NCBI GenBank assembly: GCA_049972095.1 | Contig: JBMFKQ010000037.1 | Coordinates: 1 to 14,408 of the forward strand | Direction of reading: 5' to 3' | DNA from: Elusimicrobiales bacterium | GTDB taxonomy: Bacteria; Elusimicrobiota; Elusimicrobia; Elusimicrobiales; UBA9959 | DNA length: 14,408 nucleotides | Made by a program: the position numbers and the translations under genes | The notes under the pieces: generated by a model | Databases searched by the model: none | Told to the model about the DNA's origin: nothing | The model's input: the letters and a program-made list of their open reading frames with translations, nothing else | Shown here: piece after piece, positions 6,999-14,408 of the stretch | Layout: each line of letters opens with the position of its first letter | How positions within the stretch are numbered: position 1 is the stretch's first letter

Positions 6999-8741
6999 AT
7001 GGATGAAAAACTCCTTAAAATGAGGCATTCGCTTTCTCATATACTTGCTCTTGCCGTTAAAAGACTTTATCCTGAAACTAAACTTGGAATAGGTCCTGCC
7101 ATAGAAAATGGTTTTTATTACGATTTTGACTTTTCTGTTCAAATAACAGATGAGGATCTACCAAAGATTGAAGATGAGATGAGAAAGATTATATTAGAAA
7201 ATCAACAGTTTATCCATGAGAAGTGGGAAAAAGAAAAAGCAATAGATTTTTTTACAAAAAATGGAGAGAGGTTTAAGCTTGAACTTATAAACGACATTGA
7301 TGGAGATAGTGTAAGTATATATAAAAATGGTGATTTTATAGATCTCTGCAAGGGTCCTCATGTTTCAAATACTTTAGAGCTCAAAAACTGCGGTTTTAAA
7401 CTTTCATCTATTGCTGGGGCTTACTGGAGAGGGAGTGAAAGAAATCCTATGCTTACAAGGATATATGGCTTTGCATTTCTTACTAAGGAAGAGCTTGATG
7501 ATTATCTTAGGTTCCTTGAGGAGGCTGAAAGAAGAGACCATAGGGTTATATCAAAACAGATGGATCTATATAGCGTGAATGAGGATGTAGGAGCCGGACT
7601 TATATTATGGCATCCTAATGGTGCAATTGTAAGATATGAGATTGAGAACTACTGGAGGGAAGAGCATCTAAAAAACGATTATAGATTTATTTATACACCT
7701 CATATTGGAAAGGAGGATCTTTGGAAGGCATCAGGACATCTTGAGTTTTATAAATCTGCTATGTATTCTCCGATAGAAATAGATGAGATAAATTACTATG
7801 TTAAACCTATGAATTGTCCTTTTCATATTCAAATATACAAATCCAAAACAAGATCCTACAGGGAGCTTCCTCTGAGATGGGCAGAGCTTGGAACTGTGTA
7901 TAGGTTTGAAAAAGCAGGGGTTCTTCATGGTTTGATGAGGGTTAGAGGTTTTACTCAGGATGATGCTCATATAATATGCAGTGCTGATCAGGTTGAGGAT
8001 GAGGTTAAAGAGGTTTTACGCTTTAGTCTTAATATGTGGAAGACTTTTGGTTTTGAAAAGATAAAGGCATACATATCAACAAAGCCCCCAGATGCTATAG
8101 GAAGCTTGGAGATGTGGCATCTTGGGGAAATGAGTTTAAAAAAAGCAGTTGAAAGTCAGGGCTTGAGTTATGAGATAGATGAGGGTGGTGGTGCATTTTA
8201 TGGACCAAAGATTGATTTAAAAATTGAGGATGCAATAGGAAGAGAGTGGCAGACAACAACAATACAGTTTGATTTTAATCTTCCTGAAAGATTTAAAATG
8301 GAATACACTGGAGATGATGGAAAGCCTTACAGGCCCTATATGATACATAGAGCTTTGCTTGGTTCACTTGAAAGGTTTTTTGGTATTCTTGTTGAGCATT
8401 ATGCAGGTGCATTTCCAACATGGCTTAGCCCTATTCAGGTTTATGTAATAAACATAACAAGCAATGAGGATGATTATGCTACAAGTATTTATCGAAGGCT
8501 TAGAAAAAACAATATAAGAGCAGAGATCGATCTTTCAAGCCAACCTATATCAGGAAAGATAAAAAGAGCTACTCTTATGAAGCCAGTTTATATTGTTATA
8601 GTTGGGAAAAAAGAAAAAGAAAAGGGTTTAATATCGCTCAAGATAAGGGGAAATAGAAATATTTATGATGTGAATCCTGATGATTTTATAGAAAAAGTTA
8701 AAGAAGAAATAAAATCAAGAAGTATAGATTCATCTTTCTAA
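6999..8741 (+). CDS. thrS: Threonine--tRNA ligase (short form without N-terminal TGS domain)
   Basis: RHSLSH and DLCKGPH editing-domain motifs, KPMNCPFH, YRFEKAG, RVRGFTQDDAH, GAFYGPKID and MIHRALLGSLERF, plus a C-terminal anticodon-binding domain. Confidence 0.98.
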   Translation: MDEKLLKMRHSLSHILALAVKRLYPETKLGIGPAIENGFYYDFDFSVQITDEDLPKIEDEMRKIILENQQFIHEKWEKEKAIDFFTKNGERFKLELINDIDGDSVSIYKNGDFIDLCKGPHVSNTLELKNCGFKLSSIAGAYWRGSERNPMLTRIYGFAFLTKEELDDYLRFLEEAERRDHRVISKQMDLYSVNEDVGAGLILWHPNGAIVRYEIENYWREEHLKNDYRFIYTPHIGKEDLWKASGHLEFYKSAMYSPIEIDEINYYVKPMNCPFHIQIYKSKTRSYRELPLRWAELGTVYRFEKAGVLHGLMRVRGFTQDDAHIICSADQVEDEVKEVLRFSLNMWKTFGFEKIKAYISTKPPDAIGSLEMWHLGEMSLKKAVESQGLSYEIDEGGGAFYGPKIDLKIEDAIGREWQTTTIQFDFNLPERFKMEYTGDDGKPYRPYMIHRALLGSLERFFGILVEHYAGAFPTWLSPIQVYVINITSNEDDYATSIYRRLRKNNIRAEIDLSSQPISGKIKRATLMKPVYIVIVGKKEKEKGLISLKIRGNRNIYDVNPDDFIEKVKEEIKSRSIDSSF

Positions 8742-8752
8742 GATGTTTTCCC

Positions 8753-8780
8753 AAAGGTCTATGTTGTATATAGGACCTTT
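8753..8780 (+). terminator. Candidate hairpin after thrS
   Basis: AAAGGTC-TAT...ATA-G-GACCTTT stem starting 11 nt after the stop codon. The U-tail is weak. Confidence 0.4.
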
Positions 8781-8807
8781 CTCACTTATTAATTTAGGGT
8801 TTATAAT
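8779..8807 (+). promoter_or_regulatory. Candidate promoter for the deiminase gene
   Basis: TTCTCA (8779-8784), 17 bp spacer, TATAAT (8802-8807). Confidence 0.45.
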
Positions 8808-8821
8808 TTAAAATAAAATTA

Positions 8822-10039
8822 ATGCTGTTTATTAAAAAGCTAAAAAGTAAAAAGGCTGTGATGAAGGTGATAGTGTTTTTTGTTTATTTGTATGGTAGTG
8901 TTTATCTTTTTTCAAACGATCTTCCTCTACCAAATTGGGTGGATTCAGAGAGAGAAAAAAAGGTTGTAGATTCATTTCCGCAGGTTAGCCTCCAAGCATA
9001 TCCATCCTCAGATTTTAGAACACCTGCAGAATACGAAGCTGTTTATGCAGTTATTGTATCATATATAGGATATACAACGATGATAAAAGAAATAGCGAAG
9101 GCTGTTTCTAATTATGCAAATGCTTATGTATGGGTTATGTCAGGGCCAAGCTCAATAAATGGTGTATCTTCGGATAAGTATGTGAATTTTCCAATACCTA
9201 TTGATAGTGTATGGGTGAGAGATTATGGTCCTTTCAGTATATCTAAACAGAGCCAGAGTGTAGCCATTATTGATATGGTTTACAGACATTATCAGTATAG
9301 GAAGAACGATGATGCTGTTCCGAGTAAGATTGGTCAGATTCAAAAACTAATGGTTTATCCTGTATCGCTGATACTTGATGGCGGCAATTTTATGGTTGAC
9401 AGCAAAGGCAATCTTTTTATGACAGAAAGAACATATATGTGGAACAGTTCAAAGCCTAAGGAGGAGGTTAATAACATACTTAAAAACTACTTTAAAGTTA
9501 AAAATATATACAGCTTTGAATATGCAGGATATCCGAATGAGCCAGTCGATGGAACCGGACATATTGATATGTTTATGAAACTTTTGAGTGATGATACAGT
9601 AGTTATTGCTGATTGTGATGTGGAACCATTTAAAACAACATTTGAAAAAGCTGTTGAGTTTTTTAAAAATAAAACATCCCCCAACGGAAATAAATATAAA
9701 ATACTTAGGGTTAAAAGCTATTACAAAAATGGTGTTTATTATACATACACAAACTCGCTAATAGTCAATGGTAATGTGATAATGCCTGTTTATTCTAACT
9801 ATCCACAATCAAACTCAGATGCAAAATCAGTCTATGAATCAGCAGGTTTTAGGGTTATAACTGTAAATTCAGATGCCTCTATATCTAGCGGAGGAGCGAT
9901 TCACTGTGTTACCCAAACGGTTCCTGATATAGGAAGGATTATAGAGAAATTAGAGATTGAAACTGTAAAACCTGTCGATTTGGTGATCAACCCTTTTGAT
10001 GATATAATAAACATTTGGAAGTATAATTTCGCAAGATAA
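8822..10039 (+). CDS. Agmatine deiminase / Porphyromonas-type peptidylarginine deiminase family protein with probable signal peptide
   Basis: PAEYE, WVRDYGP, DGGNF, DGTGHIDMF, YTNSLIVN and GGAIHCVTQ (catalytic Asp/His/Cys set). Hydrophobic N-terminus MKVIVFFVYLYGSVYLFS. The start may be ATG 8861. Confidence 0.88.
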   Translation: MLFIKKLKSKKAVMKVIVFFVYLYGSVYLFSNDLPLPNWVDSEREKKVVDSFPQVSLQAYPSSDFRTPAEYEAVYAVIVSYIGYTTMIKEIAKAVSNYANAYVWVMSGPSSINGVSSDKYVNFPIPIDSVWVRDYGPFSISKQSQSVAIIDMVYRHYQYRKNDDAVPSKIGQIQKLMVYPVSLILDGGNFMVDSKGNLFMTERTYMWNSSKPKEEVNNILKNYFKVKNIYSFEYAGYPNEPVDGTGHIDMFMKLLSDDTVVIADCDVEPFKTTFEKAVEFFKNKTSPNGNKYKILRVKSYYKNGVYYTYTNSLIVNGNVIMPVYSNYPQSNSDAKSVYESAGFRVITVNSDASISSGGAIHCVTQTVPDIGRIIEKLEIETVKPVDLVINPFDDIINIWKYNFAR

Positions 10040-10045
10040 TATATA

Positions 10046-11161
10046 TCATTTTGGAATCGGAAGGTATATTCTAAAAACTGCTCCGGATTTTCCATCGGTT
10101 CTGTTTGATGCATAGACATAACCATCATGGTTTTTGACTATACCATACACACTTGATAAACCCAAACCTGTGCCCTTCCCTTTTTCTTTCGTAGTAAAGA
10201 AAGGTTCAAAGATATAGTTTAAGATCTCGGGTTTTATGCCTGTTCCGGAGTCCGTTATTTCTATTACTGTGTATTCGCCTATATGATATGGCTCTGTATA
10301 TTCTGAATTACAACTATAATTGTATGTTTTTATTTTTATTGTTCCAGGTGTGTTTCCTATAGCATCTTTTGCGTTCTGTATTATGTTGAAAATTGCTTGT
10401 TTAATCTGTTGTTCATCTATTTTGACTTTTTTAAGTTCCTTTGCTAACTCATATTCAAGCTTTATCTGGGCTCCAATTTGTGATTCAATGAGTGATTTTA
10501 TCTCATTAAGCATATGATTTATATCAGTCTCATATAAAAGCGGTTGACTTTTTCTTGCAAATATTAAGAGCTGTTTTATTGTGTGCGCTTGATTTAATGC
10601 GCTTTTACTAAGCTCATCAACAAGCCCTCTAACAGGGCTTGATGGTTTAATCTCATCTTTTATCAAATCTATTGCTCCTATTATAACTGTGAGGAAATTG
10701 TTAAAGTCATGTGATAGTTCTCCTATCATCAGTGCTATTGATTCAAGCTTCTGAGATTCTATAAGCTTGTTTTCAAGCTCTATTAGAGGTTCAAGGTCTT
10801 CTTCTCTTGCGACAAAGAATTTTACCTCTCCATTTATCTTAACAGGTTGCACTGTTAGAAGAGCATGGTAAAGTGTTCCATCCTTTTTTTTGTTTACAAT
10901 TCTTGTTCTGTAAAATTTTCCTGATGTAAGAGTAGTCCACATATTTTTGTAAAACTGTTCATTATGTTTTCCGCTTTTGAAAATAGATGGTTTGTTGCCT
11001 ATTATTTCATCTTTGCTGTATCCAGTATTTTCACAAAGAGCTTTGTTTACATATATTATTTTCCCATCAACATCTGTTATAAAATATGGAATTAGTGATT
11101 CATCGATTGCAAGCATAATTATCTTTTCAATCATCTTGTTAGAAATATTAATCTGTCTCAT
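10046..11161 (-). CDS. Soluble PAS-domain sensor histidine kinase (PAS-HisKA-HATPase)
   Basis: PAS (ITDVDGKIIYVN...TGYS..EIIG...NKKKDG), H-box SHDFNN, N-box NIIQNAKDA, G1 DSGTG, F-box FEPFFTTK, G2 GTGLGL. No transmembrane or receiver domain is evident. Confidence 0.92.
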   Translation of the reverse strand: MRQINISNKMIEKIIMLAIDESLIPYFITDVDGKIIYVNKALCENTGYSKDEIIGNKPSIFKSGKHNEQFYKNMWTTLTSGKFYRTRIVNKKKDGTLYHALLTVQPVKINGEVKFFVAREEDLEPLIELENKLIESQKLESIALMIGELSHDFNNFLTVIIGAIDLIKDEIKPSSPVRGLVDELSKSALNQAHTIKQLLIFARKSQPLLYETDINHMLNEIKSLIESQIGAQIKLEYELAKELKKVKIDEQQIKQAIFNIIQNAKDAIGNTPGTIKIKTYNYSCNSEYTEPYHIGEYTVIEITDSGTGIKPEILNYIFEPFFTTKEKGKGTGLGLSSVYGIVKNHDGYVYASNRTDGKSGAVFRIYLPIPK

Positions 11162-11169
11162 ATGGAAAA

Positions 11170-11211
11170 ATTATATAATAACTTGAAATATTTTTCAATT
11201 TTTTGTATCAT
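11170..11211. promoter_or_regulatory. Overlapping divergent sigma70 promoters (kinase and rplU)
   Basis: Plus strand: TTGAAA (11183-11188), 17 bp, TATCAT (11206-11211). Minus strand: TTGAAA (11198-11193), 17 bp, TATAAT (11175-11170). Confidence 0.75.
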
Positions 11212-11218
11212 TATGTAT

Positions 11219-11518
11219 ATGTATGCAATAGTCAAAACAGGTGGAAAGCAGTACCGGGTTAGGCCCGGTGATGTTTTATGTATAGAAAAACTTAATGCTA
11301 AAATTGGAGATGATGTAGAGTTAAAAGCACTTTGGTCTGTGGGTGAGAATAATCCAAATCCTTCAAATGAGGGGAAGGTTATTGCTACTGTTTTAAGACA
11401 TTTTAAAGCACCAAAGATCATTGTCTTTAGAAAAAAGCCAAAAAAGGCTTACGAAAAGGCCAAGGGCCATAGGCAAATGATGACGGAGATAAAAATAAAG
11501 GATATAAAGCTTTCATGA
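11219..11518 (+). CDS. rplU: 50S ribosomal protein L21
   Basis: MYAIVKTGGKQYRV N-terminus and KGHRQ motif. The canonical start is ATG 11219, not 11162. Confidence 0.97.
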   Translation: MYAIVKTGGKQYRVRPGDVLCIEKLNAKIGDDVELKALWSVGENNPNPSNEGKVIATVLRHFKAPKIIVFRKKPKKAYEKAKGHRQMMTEIKIKDIKLS

Positions 11519-11601
11519 GAGGCTATACCATTCAAACTCCCAGAAGGATTTTTGTTTCCTTTGGGTTTTACGGAAAGTGAGTTTTTGTAAAGAGGTGTCA
11601 G

Positions 11602-11856
11602 ATGGCTCATACTAAATCTCAAGGCTCAAGCTCAAACGGAAGAGATAGTAATCCCAAGTATTTAGGTGTTAAAAGATATGGTGGGCAGTTTGTAAAGGCA
11701 GGTGAGGTTATTGTGAGACAAAGAGGAACGAAGTTTTTGCCGGGATTGAATGTAATGTGTGGAAGGGATTTTACACTATTTGCTATTAAGGATGGAGTTG
11801 TTAGGTTTGAGTTTGTAAGAAAAGGAAAACAACAGGTCAGCGTTTATCCCGCCTAA
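11602..11856 (+). CDS. rpmA: 50S ribosomal protein L27
   Basis: MAH..., [17 protein letters not shown] and GRDFTLFA motifs. SD GAGGTG at 11592-11597. No N-terminal Prp-cleaved extension. Confidence 0.98.
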   Translation: MAHTKSQGSSSNGRDSNPKYLGVKRYGGQFVKAGEVIVRQRGTKFLPGLNVMCGRDFTLFAIKDGVVRFEFVRKGKQQVSVYPA

Positions 11857-11895
11857 CTTGAAAATCTTTCATATTATGTTTAACGGGATTTTTTT

Positions 11896-13182
11896 ATGGA
11901 GAAGATAAAAGGTTTTATTGATATTGTAAAGATTTATGTTAAGGCTGGAAAAGGAGGGGATGGATGTATTTCATTTAGAAGGGAAAAATATATTTCCAAG
12001 GGGGGACCTGATGGTGGAGATGGTGGGGATGGTGGGGATGTTATAATAAAGGCATCAAAGTCATATAATACACTTACACATCTTGCTTTTCATCCACATA
12101 TTAAAGCTAGTGATGGAAAGGCTGGTGGTGGAGGGAATAAAAAAGGAAAAAAAGGTGATGATTGTTTTGTATATGTTCCATGTGGAACTGTTATAAAGGA
12201 TGTATCTGGAAATGTAATTGCTGATCTTGTTGAAGATGAGGATGAGGTAATTGTGGCTAAGGGGGGAAGTGGCGGAAGAGGGAATGCTTGCTTTAAATCT
12301 TCAGTAAATCAAACACCGCTTATAAGAGAGCTTGGTGAGAAAGGTGAAGAAAAAACTCTTATACTTGAGCTTATGCTTATAGCAGATATTGGGCTTGTAG
12401 GCTTTCCAAATGCTGGTAAGTCAACATTTCTTTCAAGGGTTACATCAGCAAGGCCAAAGATTGCAGATTATCCTTTTACAACACTTAGCCCAAATCTTGG
12501 GATATGTATACATAAAAATGTATCCTTTGTTATAGCTGATATTCCTGGTTTAATAAAAGGGGCTTCACAGGGGAAAGGGCTTGGACATGATTTTTTAAGA
12601 CACATAGAGAGAACAAAAATACTTCTCCATCTTGTTGATCCTCTTGGTTATTATGAGATTGATCCATTATCATCAGTATCAATAATAGAGAATGAACTTA
12701 AAAGCTACTCTGAAAGGCTTATTAAAAAACCAAGGATTATTGCGGTTAATAAATCAGATCTTCCTCAAGCTTATGATGTATTTAAAAGGATAAAGAAAAA
12801 ATACAGGAAGGATGTTTTTTTGATCTCAGCAGTAACTGGAAGTGGTATTCAAGAACTTCTTGATCTGCTTATTGAGAGGATATCCATTAGAGCTGATAAT
12901 GAGGTTTATGAGAAAGAAGAGAAAGTTAAGGTTGTTAAGTTAGAAAAGGGGTTTGAGATTGAGCGAAAGAATGGTGTTTTTTATGTTAAAGGCAGATCGG
13001 TTGAAAGGATTATTGGAATGACTGATAAGGATAATGAAGAGTCAGTTAAAAGAATGTACAAAATACTTGCAAAGATAGGTTTGGTTAGGGAGATTAAAAA
13101 AATGGGAATAAAGGAAGGGGATAGTGTTGTTATTGGTGGTTATGAGTTTGAATGGGAAAACAACCGAGACTCTATTTTGTAA
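11896..13182 (+). CDS. obg: GTPase Obg/CgtA with C-terminal OCT-type extension
   Basis: Gly-rich Obg fold ([15 protein letters not shown]), G1 GFPNAGKS, G2 YPFTT, G3 DIPG, G4 NKSD, G5 SAV, and C-terminal [15 protein letters not shown]. Conserved rplU-rpmA-obg order. Confidence 0.97.
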   Translation: MEKIKGFIDIVKIYVKAGKGGDGCISFRREKYISKGGPDGGDGGDGGDVIIKASKSYNTLTHLAFHPHIKASDGKAGGGGNKKGKKGDDCFVYVPCGTVIKDVSGNVIADLVEDEDEVIVAKGGSGGRGNACFKSSVNQTPLIRELGEKGEEKTLILELMLIADIGLVGFPNAGKSTFLSRVTSARPKIADYPFTTLSPNLGICIHKNVSFVIADIPGLIKGASQGKGLGHDFLRHIERTKILLHLVDPLGYYEIDPLSSVSIIENELKSYSERLIKKPRIIAVNKSDLPQAYDVFKRIKKKYRKDVFLISAVTGSGIQELLDLLIERISIRADNEVYEKEEKVKVVKLEKGFEIERKNGVFYVKGRSVERIIGMTDKDNEESVKRMYKILAKIGLVREIKKMGIKEGDSVVIGGYEFEWENNRDSIL

Positions 13183-14408
13183 ATGAGTTGTTTAGATACT
13201 CCTTTATAAGTTTGCCTCTTGATAGGTGTCTAAGTTTTCTTATAGCCTTTGCCTCTATCTGTCTTACCCTTTCTCTTGTAACCCTAAATATCCTTCCAAC
13301 CTCCTCAAGTGTTCGTGGATATCCTGTGTCTATTCCAAAACGGAGTTTAATTATCTTTGCTTCCCTCTCTCCGAGTGTTGATAAAATTTTATTCACTTCC
13401 CTTTTTCTTAAGATATCTGTTAGTGAGCTTGAGGGTAGGGGTGCATACTTATCTTCTATAAAGTCCTCAAGCGAGGTGTCTTCATCCTCTCCTATTGGTG
13501 TTGCAAGAGATACAGGATCCTGCATTATTTTAAGAGCTGTTTTAACCTTATCTATTGATATTTTAAGTTTTTTTGCATACTCTTCAACAGTTGGTTCTTT
13601 ACCGTACTCCTGTCTGTAGTTTTTTGCAATCTTCATAAGCTTTGAGATGAGCTCTTTCATATGAACAGGTATTCTGATTGTTCTTGACTGATCCGCAATG
13701 GCTCTGTTGATTGATTGTCTTATCCACCAGGTTGCATAGGTTGAGAATTTAAATCCTCTTTTGTATTCGAATTTCTCTACAGCCTTCATCAATCCAAGCC
13801 CACCTTCCTGAATAAGGTCTGAAAGTTCAAGGTTTGAGTTTATATGTTTTTTTGCAATTGAAACAACAAGTCTAAGATTTGCTTTTATAAGTTTTAGTTT
13901 ATCCTGAAGTATTTGATCCTCAAGGAATAATATCTTTTCATTTAGAGCAAGAAACTCATCTATATCTTGAGGAATCTGTTTTGTATAAAGAAGGTATCTG
14001 TTTTTTAGTTTTTCTATGTTTTCAATCGCAGCCTCCACCTCCTTTGGTTGAAAATTATGAATTTTGGTAAATTCATCTTTAGTTATTTTGCCCTCTTTGA
14101 ATCTTTTGTAATTTGATACAATTACATCAACATCCCCATATATCTTTGAATACCTCTCAAGCTCTGAGTTTATCTCTTTTATTTTTGATGCTATAACCTT
14201 TATTTTGTTTGTAAGCCTTTTTATTTTTTCCTGGTTAAGGTTTAGATCGAGTATATTTTGCACTATCTCTTGTCTTTTTGCCTCTATTTTATTTTTTATT
14301 TTTATTCTTTTCTCAAAAGATGTGTTATTTTTCATTTTCTGTTCAAGCTTCTCTATCTCTTTTTCTATTTTTGATATCTTTTTTACTGTCTGTTTCATCT
14401 TTTTTTTC
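13172..14408 (-). CDS. rpoD: Primary sigma factor RpoD (5' partial; frame stays open to the window edge)
   Basis: Region 2 [41 protein letters not shown] and region 4 [27 protein letters not shown] long non-conserved region precedes region 2. Confidence 0.95.
   Translation of the reverse strand, partial: KKKMKQTVKKISKIEKEIEKLEQKMKNNTSFEKRIKIKNKIEAKRQEIVQNILDLNLNQEKIKRLTNKIKVIASKIKEINSELERYSKIYGDVDVIVSNYKRFKEGKITKDEFTKIHNFQPKEVEAAIENIEKLKNRYLLYTKQIPQDIDEFLALNEKILFLEDQILQDKLKLIKANLRLVVSIAKKHINSNLELSDLIQEGGLGLMKAVEKFEYKRGFKFSTYATWWIRQSINRAIADQSRTIRIPVHMKELISKLMKIAKNYRQEYGKEPTVEEYAKKLKISIDKVKTALKIMQDPVSLATPIGEDEDTSLEDFIEDKYAPLPSSSLTDILRKREVNKILSTLGEREAKIIKLRFGIDTGYPRTLEEVGRIFRVTRERVRQIEAKAIRKLRHLSRGKLIKEYLNNSFTK

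Noticed and set aside
8809..8824. Leaderless start for the deiminase (TAAAAT-7nt-ATG 8822)
   Set aside because: Not counted in the leaderless set. A better TATAAT lies at 8802 and ATG 8861 gives a cleaner signal peptide, so the case is ambiguous.
2030..10039. Functional pathway linking the transcarbamylase and the deiminase (agmatine or arginine deiminase pathway)
   Set aside because: They are over 6 kb apart and of different composition. The OTC is broken, the deiminase looks exported, and no carbamate kinase or antiporter is present.
12001..12040. GATGGTGG(A/G) tandem repeat
   Set aside because: It encodes the conserved Obg GGDGGDGG glycine-rich motif and is not an independent repeat or CRISPR.
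814..13619. Alternative ORFs in the track (814-1185, 2189-2380, 3236-3757, 5957-6160, 6173-6433, 7731-7970, 9152-9343, 9487-9684, 9901-10128, 10320-10517, 10977-11186, 11158-11421, 13152-13619)
   Set aside because: All are antisense or out-of-frame shadows of well-supported genes, with no recognisable motifs.

Overview
AT-rich bacterial chromosomal window. The L21/L27/RpoD sequences are reminiscent of Elusimicrobiota, from memory only and not verified. The left part (1-6690) is a mosaic cell-envelope region: the 3' end of an upstream ORF, a GC-richer block carrying an LtaS/MdoB-family sulfatase directly followed by a frameshifted, doubly truncated ornithine carbamoyltransferase, a headless U32-like ORF, a probable GT2 5' remnant, an intact GT2 plus O-antigen ligase pair, and a convergent WbaP-type phosphoglycosyl transferase. 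The right part is mostly housekeeping: tRNA-Val(GAC), thrS lacking the TGS domain, an apparently exported agmatine/peptidylarginine deiminase, an orphan soluble PAS histidine kinase, rplU-rpmA-obg, and the 3' part of rpoD. The strongest pattern not explained by the ORF track is that five first-in-unit start codons lie 6-8 nt after a -10 box with no Shine-Dalgarno, which suggests frequent leaderless translation, including of ribosomal protein L21. No CRISPR array, integrase, transposase or defence system was seen. All family assignments come from motif recognition, not database searches.
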